A stretch of DNA of 43,395 nucleotides from a virus (lineage: Duplodnaviria; Heunggongvirae; Uroviricota; Caudoviricetes), in IMG/VR virus record IMGVR_UViG_3300028832_002797; one strand, 5' to 3'. This document shows, piece after piece, positions 25,222 to 35,263 of the stretch. Under the pieces are notes generated by a model. That model ran no database searches. It was not told the origin of the DNA and saw only the letters and a list, made by a program, of their open reading frames with translations. Each line of letters begins with the position of its first letter. Within the stretch, counting starts at the first letter, position 1. Made by a program: the position numbers and the translations under genes.

Positions 25222-25961
25222 TATGCTTTCTTCCTCGACCAGTAGATGTTAAGTTTAATATCGTCTTCACGGAGCTGTTCGAATCTCATGAGACCGCGCT
25301 TGGCGACCTGGATGTTGTAAGCAGCAGACGGAAGAGTATTGATACCACGGATAGGAACCATGAAATCGAACGGGATTTCCACATTGTTCTTGAGGTCGTA
25401 CTGGGCGGAGTAGGTATCGCCGCTGAACATACTTGTCAGGTTGGCAGTACAGGTCTTGCCTTCGAAGTGGAACTGAATGGTGTCAGCCTTGATGAGGGAA
25501 ACCATTGAATTAAGATCGTTTACGTCCGATTCTGAGAAATAGAGTTCAGCATCCGGTGTCGGCATGTTAATCTGATTAAACTGCGGTTTCGAGAGTACTT
25601 CAGGCATACCGAGCTTATTGACGAAATGACGGGCATCAATACTGGAAGAAATATTCAGAATATACGGCTCGCCAGATTCATTAAGTTCGATGTCGAGCTT
25701 CGGCGTATTCGAGATTGCAGGATCCTTGGACGGTTTATCGAAGATGTCGAAATACTTCTTGAAAGTGGAGAAGTTGAAGAAACCAATCTTTTCACCTGGG
25801 AAATCGAAATAGGCCAGCGGAGCCGTAAGGGTGAAGCATACATTAAGCTTGTCATCGTTGGCACGCATATTGAACACTTCACCGTTCTTTTCCATAACCA
25901 GCTGTTGCTGGATATTTGAAAGCTGTGAAATCAAGTTGATAAGGTCTTTATTATAATTCAT
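25221..25961 (-). CDS. gp45: Sliding clamp, T4 gp45-like
   Basis: The N-terminus MNYNKDLINLISQLSNIQ resembles gp45; 246 aa; upstream of gp44. Confidence 0.75.
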   Translation of the reverse strand: MNYNKDLINLISQLSNIQQQLVMEKNGEVFNMRANDDKLNVCFTLTAPLAYFDFPGEKIGFFNFSTFKKYFDIFDKPSKDPAISNTPKLDIELNESGEPYILNISSSIDARHFVNKLGMPEVLSKPQFNQINMPTPDAELYFSESDVNDLNSMVSLIKADTIQFHFEGKTCTANLTSMFSGDTYSAQYDLKNNVEIPFDFMVPIRGINTLPSAAYNIQVAKRGLMRFEQLREDDIKLNIYWSRKKA

Positions 25962-26006
25962 GTAAACATTTCCTTAACGTTTACATAAAATATAGTAAAA
26001 TTTCTA

Positions 26007-26792
26007 TTAAGCCTTTTTCTTCTTGTCAAAATATTCCAGGAATTTCTGAGAGTAATCCTTGCAGAGATAAATCTCAGACTTACTGGTTTCCTTATTCGGA
26101 ATCTGTACCAGCATCATCTCGCCGATTTTGATAGATGGACAGTGTTTCTCGAGGATCGCCTTGTACATCGACAGCTGCATGCTATAATGTACGCAGTTAC
26201 AGTCATCTTCGGTTTCGAACGGAGGTTTCATCTTCTGGAATCTATTATTGTGATCGAACTTCTTGGATGTCTTCCAGTCTAGGATGGAGTAACAGTTCTT
26301 CACAGTGTTGTAGCAGAGGAAGTCGATAGTACCAACCAGACCCCAATCGCGATCATACACGATGAATTCGTTTTTCAACGGGATATAACGTTCCTTCAGC
26401 GTAGTGATCAAAGCTTTCGCCTTCTTCTTACGCCATTCAAAGTCTTCAGGCATGCCTTCATACTGTTCCAGGAGCGCCTTGTCAGGATAGAATTCCTTAT
26501 TCTGCCATTCGTATTCAGCTACGCTATGGACTGCAGTACCCAGTGTACAAGCGTAATCGCCAGCAGCAGCCCATTCGGCGCGGATGTCCTTTACGTCCTT
26601 ACCGAAATACTTTCCGCCTTGCTTCTTGCTCGCCTTCTCGGCGATCAGGTCCCAATCCTTGTCAGGTTCGAAGTTATGAATGAACGTGGTGACAGAGGTA
26701 TACTTGGTGCCGAATGAATCGGTGTACTTATGACCGACTTCTTCGAAATGAATATCGTTAAATGCAGTCCACAATTCTTTAAAGAGTTCCAT
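26007..26792 (-). CDS. PD-(D/E)XK nuclease (RecB-like exonuclease)
   Basis: SVTTFI, GTAVHSVAE, GTIDFL, ILDWKTS and YSMQLSMY motifs. Confidence 0.85.
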   Translation of the reverse strand: MELFKELWTAFNDIHFEEVGHKYTDSFGTKYTSVTTFIHNFEPDKDWDLIAEKASKKQGGKYFGKDVKDIRAEWAAAGDYACTLGTAVHSVAEYEWQNKEFYPDKALLEQYEGMPEDFEWRKKKAKALITTLKERYIPLKNEFIVYDRDWGLVGTIDFLCYNTVKNCYSILDWKTSKKFDHNNRFQKMKPPFETEDDCNCVHYSMQLSMYKAILEKHCPSIKIGEMMLVQIPNKETSKSEIYLCKDYSQKFLEYFDKKKKA

Positions 26793-26799
26793 ATATTAC

Positions 26800-27660
26800 C
26801 TATTTTAAATTTATCCATTCTCTTTCGAGGCGATCCAGCTGATGATTATAAGACGAGTCAGCCCATGTCGGCATAATCTGTTTGAAATCCGCATAGGTTC
26901 CGCCGATATGTTTCCACCAGCAGGCAAGGGCGAAGATTTGGTTATGTCTTGTTCCTTCTGGTGCAGATTCGATTGTTTTGGCCACATACTCTTTGGCCTT
27001 TGTGAGATCGCCGTTCTTATTTCCTTTACGGGATTTCATATAGGAAGCTTCGAGTTCTCTCAGGTAGTTCTGTTGACGCCATTCGCATTCGTTGTACGCC
27101 TGTTCGAAGAATTCTATTTCATCAAAAGGATTAAACTTCTTTCCGTTGTTGATCTTATAATAATACGGCGAGCCTTTGGATTTGACCGCCGGACACTTGA
27201 AGAACTGTGCGCGGACGAAACTGGCCGGGTCAACATGGTCGAAGAAATCAATTAAGAAGAAATACGGACTCCACTGTTTCTGTGATCCCTTAAAGAAGAA
27301 TTTATTAATCTCGTATTCTTTGTCAAGAAATAGGAGTACACGAAACTTTTGGTTCACGCCATCGTAAGAATAGCTGGTGTGCAGGATGTATCTGTAGTCC
27401 CTGAATCGATTCTCGAATTCCTGTATGGTATATTCCGTAGAGTCATAGTCCAACATGAGAATATCGGTAGAACCCATATTCTCCGTGCAACGCTTTTCGC
27501 CTTTCATCGAACAGAACTTCCACTGTGGTATCTTAGTCTTATCTTCGACTACCATAGGATTCATGATCGCCTTGACTGTATTCTCGGCGACCTGTTTGTT
27601 CCATTCGATAGGCTTGCACTTGTTGTCGAACTGATTTTTAATCGTTTGAATATACCGCAT
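26800..27660 (-). CDS. AEP-type primase/primpol with a PriCT-like C-terminus
   Basis: LMLDYD, HTSYS..KFRV, VDPAS and EGTRHNQIFALACW. Confidence 0.65.
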   Translation of the reverse strand: MRYIQTIKNQFDNKCKPIEWNKQVAENTVKAIMNPMVVEDKTKIPQWKFCSMKGEKRCTENMGSTDILMLDYDSTEYTIQEFENRFRDYRYILHTSYSYDGVNQKFRVLLFLDKEYEINKFFFKGSQKQWSPYFFLIDFFDHVDPASFVRAQFFKCPAVKSKGSPYYYKINNGKKFNPFDEIEFFEQAYNECEWRQQNYLRELEASYMKSRKGNKNGDLTKAKEYVAKTIESAPEGTRHNQIFALACWWKHIGGTYADFKQIMPTWADSSYNHQLDRLEREWINLK

Positions 27661-28507
27661 CTACAGCCAACTGTAATCTGTTAAGTACAATCATGATGTC
27701 GTCATTATACTTGAGCGGAATTCCACCAGCATGGGCGTGACCGCCGCCGACATTCATAATCTTGAACACCTTCGTAAGATCAATCTCGTCGCAACGGATG
27801 GATAGTGCGTTCTTGTTCTTAATGGCGAACCATTTGTAACCTTCCTTCTTGAGTTCCTCGACACATTCGTTCATGAATCGATCTGTCTCGAAGAATACGC
27901 CGTTATTCGAGAGGTCAGATATTTCCAGGTTAGCATAGAGTTTCTTGAATTCGACCTGGGCATCAATTAAGTATTTTTGTTCTTCTGGGTAGAGCTTGGT
28001 ATTGCCGTTGAGGAATCTGCGGGTAAACCACTTAGGGCCCATTTCCCAGTAGATGTTGTTGAAGAACCTGGATCGCTTGTCGGCCAGGATAAACATATCC
28101 CAATCGTTTGTGATGTTGACGAGGTCTTCGAGGTAAGAAATATCTTTAAAGCACTTGACGAACTTATAGGTAAGCATCGTGCCGCAGACAGAAGTATTAA
28201 TTATAACTGTCTTGTTGTCGTGGTATTTCTGAGCAGTCTCGTGGTGATCCAGGACCAATACGTTAGGGAAAGCTTCGCGAACCTGCGACATTGTAAGGGA
28301 AGGATAGAAATCCGTAAAGATAACCAAATCAACCTTATCCTTGTACTTGGCGATCGCGTTGCTGATAACACGTTCTTCTGACTGGTATGTGATATATTCA
28401 GTTTCGATGTCCTTATAGAAATTACGAAGAACGATATTGGCCGATACACCGTCGAGGTCAGAATGTGTAAAGTTTAAAATTTTTAATTCGGAATTATTAT
28501 AGTTCAT
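27638..28507 (-). CDS. DHH-family phosphoesterase
   Basis: HSDLDG, FTD, LDHH and GGGHAHAGG. Confidence 0.88.
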   Translation of the reverse strand: MNYNNSELKILNFTHSDLDGVSANIVLRNFYKDIETEYITYQSEERVISNAIAKYKDKVDLVIFTDFYPSLTMSQVREAFPNVLVLDHHETAQKYHDNKTVIINTSVCGTMLTYKFVKCFKDISYLEDLVNITNDWDMFILADKRSRFFNNIYWEMGPKWFTRRFLNGNTKLYPEEQKYLIDAQVEFKKLYANLEISDLSNNGVFFETDRFMNECVEELKKEGYKWFAIKNKNALSIRCDEIDLTKVFKIMNVGGGHAHAGGIPLKYNDDIMIVLNRLQLAVDAVYSND

Positions 28508-28516
28508 ACTGTATTA

Positions 28517-28545
28517 AATATAGCAATTTTTATTAAGATTGTCAA
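28517..28545 (-). promoter_or_regulatory. Sigma70-type promoter TTGACA-N17-TATATT
   Basis: Same architecture as the array promoters; ATG at 28507. Confidence 0.75.
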
Positions 28546-28570
28546 GTCATACTGTAATATAATCTGAAAA

Positions 28571-28598
28571 AGGGATAACACCTTTCGATGTTATCCCT
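28571..28598 (-). terminator. Intrinsic terminator after gp32
   Basis: AGGGATAACA/TGTTATCCCT stem with a GAAA loop and T-tract on the minus strand. Confidence 0.75.
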
Positions 28599-28640
28599 CC
28601 CCATATAAACAGCGAACTAACTTAAGAGGTAATCTGAACT

Positions 28641-29822
28641 TTACTGACCGTTCGCGAGTCTAGTAAAGAAATCGTCTTGATCTTCAGCTTCTTCGAACGG
28701 ACCGTTGGAACCGAGCGGAGCAGAAGTCTGAACTGGAGCTGTGGTCTTGACAGGCTCTGTGAGCGGAGCACTGAACATGCCAGTATCGTCAGCCTCGACA
28801 GTCTTGGCCGGAGCCGGAGTTGCAGGCTTGGATTCGAGAACAGTACCAGTGAACATTTCGTCATCTTCAGTCTGGACCTTGGAAGCCGGAGCAGACTTGG
28901 CCGGAGCAGCACTGGAGATTTCCATGTCGTCAAGTTCAGAAGCGAGGTCGATACCGCACTTGCTCTGGACGCGTTCAACAATCTGCTGGTATGTCGGGAG
29001 CTTTTCAACCTTACGCGGGAGACCAGCCAAAGTATAAAGCTTGGATTCGATAACGCTGATTTCTTCTGCAGTCAAACCAACCTTCTTGTTGAACGGAATA
29101 CCCTGAGCATTGACAGCTGGTTCCACACGGCAGATACGGATCGGCTTGGTGAAAGAAGAGCTGGAGTAGTCAGGACCGTTAGAACCCGGTTCAGCTTCCC
29201 AGATGAAGTTAGCACCCGGACGAGCTTCGCCAGAAATAACTTCTGGATCGGTCGGTCCGTAGTAGGAATACGGGTTAATCGGCGGAATCGGTTCACCAGT
29301 ATCGTTATCGAATGCATCAGTAGTATTGACGCACTTATCAATTAAGTCCTTAATGGCCTTGCCGTACTTGAAGCGGAATACCTGGCCCTGAGTTTCAGGA
29401 GCATTTTCGTTTTCGACAATCAAGATGTTACAGATGTACTGAGGACGTGCTGTAGCAAGCTTGTGGTTGGAATAACCCTTGTCGACGTTCTTGTACTTTT
29501 CGTACATCTTCTGGTTGTATTCGCAAATCGGGCAACGGAGAGACTTACCTTCTGCATCCTTGAACTGCTTGCGACACGGAACAGAATAAGCCTTACCATT
29601 GGTTTGCTTGAGCCAGTGATCGCGGGATTCTTCTACGAAAGCCACGTCTTCAGCTTCGACCGGCGGAAGGAAACGGAGGGTAATCTTGAACTTACCTTCC
29701 TTATTGTATGTAGGCTTGAAAAGTCCTTCGATTTCGTTAAAGCTCTGCTTTTCACCTGTACCGAAGTTATCGCTCTTCTGATATGACGCGATGAGACTAT
29801 CAAGATTCTTTCTAATTGGCAT
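28641..29822 (-). CDS. gp32: Single-stranded DNA-binding protein, T4 gp32-like
   Basis: LRFLPP, CPICE, YICNILIVE..PETQGQVFRFKYGKAI and an acidic tail ending DDFFTRL. Confidence 0.92.
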   Translation of the reverse strand: MPIRKNLDSLIASYQKSDNFGTGEKQSFNEIEGLFKPTYNKEGKFKITLRFLPPVEAEDVAFVEESRDHWLKQTNGKAYSVPCRKQFKDAEGKSLRCPICEYNQKMYEKYKNVDKGYSNHKLATARPQYICNILIVENENAPETQGQVFRFKYGKAIKDLIDKCVNTTDAFDNDTGEPIPPINPYSYYGPTDPEVISGEARPGANFIWEAEPGSNGPDYSSSSFTKPIRICRVEPAVNAQGIPFNKKVGLTAEEISVIESKLYTLAGLPRKVEKLPTYQQIVERVQSKCGIDLASELDDMEISSAAPAKSAPASKVQTEDDEMFTGTVLESKPATPAPAKTVEADDTGMFSAPLTEPVKTTAPVQTSAPLGSNGPFEEAEDQDDFFTRLANGQ

Positions 29823-30438
29823 TGTTTACCTCATTCTTAAATTTTAAAATCAGCCTGGACACAGTTATAAATCTCTTATACTCAATGTCCTTGACTTTCT
29901 GGATGTCGACTTCGAACTTCTTGGCCTCTAGGCCTTTGATAAAGAACACCGGACTAATCTTATGTTCTTGGCACAGATAGTACGCGTTGTTCTTGTATTC
30001 GTTATCTAATCCAAACAGTGTAAAATGTTTATCTGAAAATTCATTAAGACCAGAATTCTTTTCTTTAACAAGGTTGTTAATGAAGTTAGTCTGCTCTATA
30101 ATTTCATTTCTATTGTTAAATATAGCAAATTTTTGTAGACACGATGCCCTATTACAGTCCTTTAATTCTGGAAATTTTCCTTCTATTAAGGCTTTTGCAA
30201 GAACTTCCATGGCCCAAGTCTGTATGGTCATAACGCCACAACGGAATTCGTTGGCCAGGTTGATCGCGTAATTAGACATATATTGGACATGGTTATTGTC
30301 CGATATGAATTCGGCAATGAGGAGGTCTTCCGTGTTCGTCTCGAGTAGATCACGTACAGTGGAAGTATTAAACCTCTTCATGCCCCAGATTTTCTTAAGT
30401 CGCTTATAAAGCGAATAAATTTGGAATTTGTCGTACAT
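29812..30438 (-). CDS. Hypothetical protein, possibly gp59-like helicase loader
   Basis: Directly upstream of gp32, as T4 gene 59 is; similar size; N-terminal IYSLYKRLK weakly resembles gp59. Confidence 0.4.
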   Translation of the reverse strand: MYDKFQIYSLYKRLKKIWGMKRFNTSTVRDLLETNTEDLLIAEFISDNNHVQYMSNYAINLANEFRCGVMTIQTWAMEVLAKALIEGKFPELKDCNRASCLQKFAIFNNRNEIIEQTNFINNLVKEKNSGLNEFSDKHFTLFGLDNEYKNNAYYLCQEHKISPVFFIKGLEAKKFEVDIQKVKDIEYKRFITVSRLILKFKNEVNNAN

Positions 30439-30836
30439 TAGCTAAAGAACTCGCTGAGATCGTTTCTGCTATTAAGTTTATATTTTTCCTTGAGACCATT
30501 CATCAAAGAATAGTAATTCATTTCGTCCAGGCACTTGATGGCTGGAGTAGGTTCAAGCCAGTCTTCGACGAGGAAACCAACGCTGTCAATAATCTTGATC
30601 TTGTTTTCCTTGTGGAGCTTATATAATATGTTGTTGAACTTATTATATTCAGCCGATTCGTTCTTGAGAACTTTATTAAGGAATTTTGGCAAACGCGATT
30701 CTTCATCGATGTCGTCGAAATCGATTCCCTGAGTCTTGAAGAATTTATATAGCTGTTCCTTCGTTTCAAATGCGTCGGTACCGTCATTGCATTCCAATGA
30801 ACCGTCGCATGCTTTGTATTCTACATCTTCATCCAT
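30438..30836 (-). CDS. Hypothetical protein, possibly gp33-like late co-activator
   Basis: Start revised to MDEDVEY (GGAG SD). The ORF is clear, but the gp33 idea rests on synteny (33-59-32) and a weak helical pattern only. Confidence 0.35.
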   Translation of the reverse strand: MDEDVEYKACDGSLECNDGTDAFETKEQLYKFFKTQGIDFDDIDEESRLPKFLNKVLKNESAEYNKFNNILYKLHKENKIKIIDSVGFLVEDWLEPTPAIKCLDEMNYYSLMNGLKEKYKLNSRNDLSEFFS

Positions 30837-30846
30837 GAAAACTCCA

Positions 30847-32199
30847 TTAAGTAAAATCGTTATAGTTAACTTCATCTGTTGCAGACGTATCAGGTATGTC
30901 TGCAGTCGGCTGTATGATCTGCTGGGCGTCTTGCTGTGCACCGTAACTGAGATCCTGTAGTCTCTGCTTTTCGATGTCAACGCCGATAGTTGTTACGGTA
31001 GGACCATTGATACCATAACGTGTCTTGACCAACGCAACCTTGTACATTCCACCCTGCTTAAGCTCTGGCGGCTGCGTAATGGCGAAAATAGCATCAGCCT
31101 TAGTTACCTGGTCAAACGAGCTTGCAACGTCGTCAAGCCCAATCTCTGCGGAACCGTAACCACCGCGGTTTACCTGTGCACCAGTAAGTAACGGGAAATG
31201 ATACGTAGTTGCAATGGCACGCATCTGCATGGCAACAAGCATGAGTCGCGTGTTATCGTTCATGTCCTTACCGGGTTTACCGTTGGGAACCATACAGCCG
31301 ATATAGTCAACGATAACAACTTCAGGTTCAAACTTGTACTTCTCCTTGAGCTCCTTGATATATGCGTTAATCATCATAGGATTCGTGGAGAATTCAGGGT
31401 AATGACGAATCATCAACTTACCATTGGTGCAGCGTTGCTTCATGAGATTGAATCTCTTCATGTAAGCTTCTTTCGTCATTGTCTTAAGTTCTGTCTGCGT
31501 AAGATCCATTAAGTTCTGGGCGATACGCTGGAAGATTTTAAGTTCAGCATCTTCCATGGTTATATAAAGAACGCGCTTGTTCATCAACAACAGGCTCGCA
31601 GCTACTGAACAGAACGAAAGAGTCTTACCAACGTTTGTCGGTGCAAGGAAGATCGTCATAGAGTCTTCATGTAGACCACCGCCGATCATGTCATCCATGG
31701 TCTTAACACCCATAGGATAAATCTTTTCGTTGGCGACGATACCTTCATATAGGAATTCGGGATTCTCCAAGAAGTCAATGCCCAAGTTAGTATCGAATGA
31801 AAAAGACTCTGCTGAGGCCATGTCATCAGCAAAGCTTGTATTCTTTAATCCAGTCCTTGTATATTCCTGTGCATTATCGGTAACGACTTTTACGAGTCTA
31901 CGTCTTACGAATTCTTCGATAACGTTGATACTGAAATCTGTATTAACCTGTTCATCAGGGATATTCATACAGTTTTCGAATTCCGCGACGCTACGCGGAT
32001 CTGTTAAGAGCATTTTCATCTCTATCGCATTAGGGCATTCACCGTAATCCCCGCGGTACTTCATGATAGCGCGAGCGATATACTTGTGGTCAGGATCGAA
32101 GAACCACGTATCGTTTAATAACGGAATGACCTTTGATGAGATGCTTTTATTAGCGTAAATTGCTTTGATAATTACTTGTTCAAATTCTCTATCTGTCAT
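30847..32199 (-). CDS. gp41: Replicative helicase, T4 gp41/DnaB-like
   Basis: Walker A APTNVGKT, IVDYIG, LTGAQVNR, ADAIF and KTRYG. Confidence 0.93.
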   Translation of the reverse strand: MTDREFEQVIIKAIYANKSISSKVIPLLNDTWFFDPDHKYIARAIMKYRGDYGECPNAIEMKMLLTDPRSVAEFENCMNIPDEQVNTDFSINVIEEFVRRRLVKVVTDNAQEYTRTGLKNTSFADDMASAESFSFDTNLGIDFLENPEFLYEGIVANEKIYPMGVKTMDDMIGGGLHEDSMTIFLAPTNVGKTLSFCSVAASLLLMNKRVLYITMEDAELKIFQRIAQNLMDLTQTELKTMTKEAYMKRFNLMKQRCTNGKLMIRHYPEFSTNPMMINAYIKELKEKYKFEPEVVIVDYIGCMVPNGKPGKDMNDNTRLMLVAMQMRAIATTYHFPLLTGAQVNRGGYGSAEIGLDDVASSFDQVTKADAIFAITQPPELKQGGMYKVALVKTRYGINGPTVTTIGVDIEKQRLQDLSYGAQQDAQQIIQPTADIPDTSATDEVNYNDFT

Positions 32200-32220
32200 T
32201 GTAGCTTAAAATATAGAAAA

Positions 32221-32241
32221 AGAGCATCGTGGTGATGCTCT
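32221..32241 (-). terminator. Intrinsic terminator
   Basis: AGAGCATC-N5-GATGCTCT with an A-tract on the plus-strand left side. Confidence 0.65.
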
Positions 32242-32274
32242 TTATATATAGAAAAATCTGAACTTTAGTAAATT

Positions 32275-33849
32275 TTAGCAAGCGCCAAATGCGAGTTCCT
32301 TCCAGTTCGGAAGATTTGCATAGCGAAGCTTGTAGACGTTCTGGAAAAGACGGAATGAAATCTTCTTTCCCTTCATACGAGGATCATTGAGGAAGGTATC
32401 GGAGCTGATGTAGTTGAATACTTCCTGCTTGGTCTCAGGATTGCTGATGTCATGACCCTTAGCATCGAACACTTCAATCTTCGGAAGCAAAGTCTGAATT
32501 CGAAGGATTACGTCCTTGGCGAGCATGTTGATGTCTACGTTGTTGCAGCGGGTGATCATGGCTGCATCCTTAGAAGCAATCTCTTCCGGGGTAAGGTTGG
32601 AGATGAAGATACATGCGCCTCTGAACTGGAAGTAGTTCGGAGTTCCAACTTTTCCTTTATGCTGAGCAGACCATGCAGCAAGACGTTCTTCGATTTCTTC
32701 ATGAGATTCGCAACCGAAGGTATCAACCATGTCAGCACCCTTGGTGTTCCAACTGATTTCACGAACCTTACCGGAATCGAGAGCGCCCTTGAGGATGTTC
32801 AAACCGTCAGCACTGTCGAACACAGAGTCACAGTCATCGAACACAACAATCTTGTCATAGTTGTCGTAGAGGAACTTGTACATTGCAGAAATGCTGGACT
32901 TACCCTTCATAACAACATAATCCTTGTTCTTGGTACCGTAGGCAGAAAGAATTCGGGTAACGTTGTAAGACTTACCAACACCGCCCTGGCCAGTAATCAA
33001 TAAAGCCTGGTGAATACCACGGGCAACAGCGACGACATAAGAATTAAGTGTTTCGAACACCGGGAACGGATCGGCAATAAGAGTCTGGGCGAGCTGGTCG
33101 TCATTCTTAACTGCAGAAGGATCCGGTGCAATAGTTTCTTCAGAGCCCGGGATTTCAACAGTGTCAGGAGTGACGCCTTCGACTTCTTCACATTCATCCG
33201 GGAATTTGTCTTCAAGTGCAGAGCGGGTTTCCTTAGCAGCAACACCAGGAAGCTTGTCAGCCTTCATCTTCTTAAAGATAGATTCGAAAGACGCAGTAAT
33301 GAATTCGATATTCGGATCAGTGAGCTGGCCGGTGATAAAATCGATAACAGTATCAACGGATTTATAACCCCAGTTATAAACCAACTTCTTGATAACTTCG
33401 ATCATATCATATTCCATCGTTTCGTCCGGCATCATAACTGCCGTACGTTGTTCCTCAGGAACACGTGCATTAACCGGTGCATCATCAAAATCGTTCATAA
33501 ACTTTAATATTCCACTGATTGTTTTACGTTCTCGTTTTACCCGGTTCGTAATTACCAGTTCTTTATCTGGTGTCTTACCGAATCCGAATGTTTCCCACTT
33601 GCTGAACGATACGGGCTTATTGTCCTTAAAGTTCATTCGCAAGCCTGAAGTACCAGAGATAAACAAGGGACCAACAAATGTGCCGAACTTGTTTCTGAAT
33701 TTTTGGGTATCTACGTAGACATATGTTTTATCGTTAGTCTTATCGTAGAGATCCATGAAACTCTTCGCAAAGGCAATCGGTTCAATCGGAGTGTCTTTCT
33801 CTTTCGTAGCTTCAGTTAATAATGTAGCAAATAGTCCCATCTTTGTCAA
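32275..33849 (-). CDS. AAA+/P-loop ATPase with an unknown N-terminal domain
   Basis: Walker A GQGGVGKS, Walker B VVFDDCD, LKGALDS and CIFISN. Confidence 0.8.
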   Translation of the reverse strand: MTKMGLFATLLTEATKEKDTPIEPIAFAKSFMDLYDKTNDKTYVYVDTQKFRNKFGTFVGPLFISGTSGLRMNFKDNKPVSFSKWETFGFGKTPDKELVITNRVKRERKTISGILKFMNDFDDAPVNARVPEEQRTAVMMPDETMEYDMIEVIKKLVYNWGYKSVDTVIDFITGQLTDPNIEFITASFESIFKKMKADKLPGVAAKETRSALEDKFPDECEEVEGVTPDTVEIPGSEETIAPDPSAVKNDDQLAQTLIADPFPVFETLNSYVVAVARGIHQALLITGQGGVGKSYNVTRILSAYGTKNKDYVVMKGKSSISAMYKFLYDNYDKIVVFDDCDSVFDSADGLNILKGALDSGKVREISWNTKGADMVDTFGCESHEEIEERLAAWSAQHKGKVGTPNYFQFRGACIFISNLTPEEIASKDAAMITRCNNVDINMLAKDVILRIQTLLPKIEVFDAKGHDISNPETKQEVFNYISSDTFLNDPRMKGKKISFRLFQNVYKLRYANLPNWKELAFGAC

Positions 33850-33853
33850 CCTC

Positions 33854-34375
33854 TTAAAAGTGCATTTTATGTAATTCCATATATTTTGTTATGTACAGTC
33901 TTGCCATACGCTTGATAAAATTCTGCATCTGTACACAGTTAATCCTGCTGTTACCGCAGTAATCCTTGGGGTTTTCTTTTATATATTCAAGAAATGCGTC
34001 AGCGCCGCGATCCTTAACCTGATTAAGGAACACAGTCTTGCATGCACGAGTATTCGGAGTGGAGAAGATCTTCACCCTGCTGTAACGCTCAGGATTAAAC
34101 AATGCATCGTATGTGATGCTGAATGCAGTATCTAAGTCTTCGGCATAATCCTTTTTCCTCTTCTCTATATAAGAAGCCGGAGCAACACTGTCGCGCTGCT
34201 TCTTATCGTTGAATTCCTTAACGATGTCTGGTCTATACCATTCGCAGTTCCGGATAATCTCATTATAGTATTCGTAGGCCGGTAACGTATTGTAATGTTC
34301 CGGATCTACTTCAAGTTCGCTGAACATGCGATCGCCAAGTTTAGACTGTATAAAAGATACTAATTCGTCGTTCAT
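33854..34375 (-). CDS. Hypothetical protein (late)
   Basis: TATAAATA at 34386-34393 upstream. Confidence 0.7.
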   Translation of the reverse strand: MNDELVSFIQSKLGDRMFSELEVDPEHYNTLPAYEYYNEIIRNCEWYRPDIVKEFNDKKQRDSVAPASYIEKRKKDYAEDLDTAFSITYDALFNPERYSRVKIFSTPNTRACKTVFLNQVKDRGADAFLEYIKENPKDYCGNSRINCVQMQNFIKRMARLYITKYMELHKMHF

Positions 34376-34385
34376 AATGTTATTA

Positions 34386-34393
34386 TATTTATA
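34386..34393 (-). promoter_or_regulatory. T4-type late promoter TATAAATA
   Basis: Exact motif about 10 nt upstream of the ATG at 34375. Confidence 0.65.
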
Positions 34394-34402
34394 AAATAAA
34401 AA

Positions 34403-34421
34403 CCCTCGGTTTTCCCGAGGG
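34403..34421 (-). terminator. Intrinsic terminator after the sigma gene
   Basis: CCCTCGG-N5-CCGAGGG with a T-tract on the minus strand. Confidence 0.7.
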
Positions 34422-34434
34422 CCCTTAAATTCCG

Positions 34435-35262
34435 TTAATCCAGAGGGAATTCATCCCGTGGAAGTTTCTTCTTCAAACGTCTTAGCGCCTTGTTCTTTAT
34501 CTGTCGTACACGTTCTCTCGAATAGCCTGTCAGTTCGCCGACATCATTCAACGTGTAATCCCTACCGCCTGTACCGAAGAACATATTCAGAATATCATTT
34601 TCCTTCGTTGTGGTATTGGTCATCACATATTTCTTTAACTGCTTGTTCCTGTTGGAAATCAAAAACTTTTGCTGTGCATTCTGCTTGGGGTCAGGTACAG
34701 TATCATTCAATGTATGATCTGCTTCAACTGTCATTCCGTGGTCACGCAGACTAACGGGCGTATCAAGTGACATAGGTTCGAAGACTCGCTGTACCAGCTG
34801 CATCGTATCTAATTCGGATTTGTTTGTAACAAGTTCTTCAAGCGGAAGGCCGGTCTCATTCATCTTACGCTGGAGTTCGAAGTAACGGTACTGTTGGTTA
34901 GCCGGGACATGAATCATTCTGGATTTTCCGATAATGAAAGCCAGCATGCTCTGTCGAATCCACCAGACTGCGTATGAAATGAATCTAATGTTACGGGAGG
35001 AATCGTATGTATTGATAGCATGGTACATACCAGCCATGCCTTCGTTAATAAGATCTGCTACGCTGTAATTCTTTCCGACATATTTCTTAGCACATGATAC
35101 GACAAATAATATATGGCTTTTGGCTATCTTTTCGACCGCGGCCTGTCTAATACGTTTATCCTTAGTCGTTTTGATAATGGAGAAACACGCTTCTTCCTCC
35201 TTATCTGACATACGACGCAATGGCCTTACGTCCTTCATGAACTGTTCAAACAAATATTCCAT
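34435..35262 (-). CDS. Phage-encoded sigma70-family RNA polymerase sigma factor (regions 2-4)
   Basis: FVVSCAKKY, DLINEG, RFISYAVWWIRQ, SLDTP and TLNDVG..GYSRERVRQI..KALRRL. Confidence 0.92.
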   Translation of the reverse strand: MEYLFEQFMKDVRPLRRMSDKEEEACFSIIKTTKDKRIRQAAVEKIAKSHILFVVSCAKKYVGKNYSVADLINEGMAGMYHAINTYDSSRNIRFISYAVWWIRQSMLAFIIGKSRMIHVPANQQYRYFELQRKMNETGLPLEELVTNKSELDTMQLVQRVFEPMSLDTPVSLRDHGMTVEADHTLNDTVPDPKQNAQQKFLISNRNKQLKKYVMTNTTTKENDILNMFFGTGGRDYTLNDVGELTGYSRERVRQIKNKALRRLKKKLPRDEFPLD

Positions 35263-35263
35263 A

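Noticed and set aside
26007-26792. Cas4 indicating a CRISPR-Cas locus
   Set aside because: There are no other cas genes or arrays, and the four-cysteine Fe-S pattern is not evident; it is a generic phage PD-(D/E)XK nuclease.
28677-29345. Long plus-strand ORFs opposite core genes (also 22723..23205, 32452..33003, 41783..42511 and similar)
   Set aside because: These are antisense shadows of well-supported genes with biased codon usage; they have no promoter, SD or recognisable motifs.
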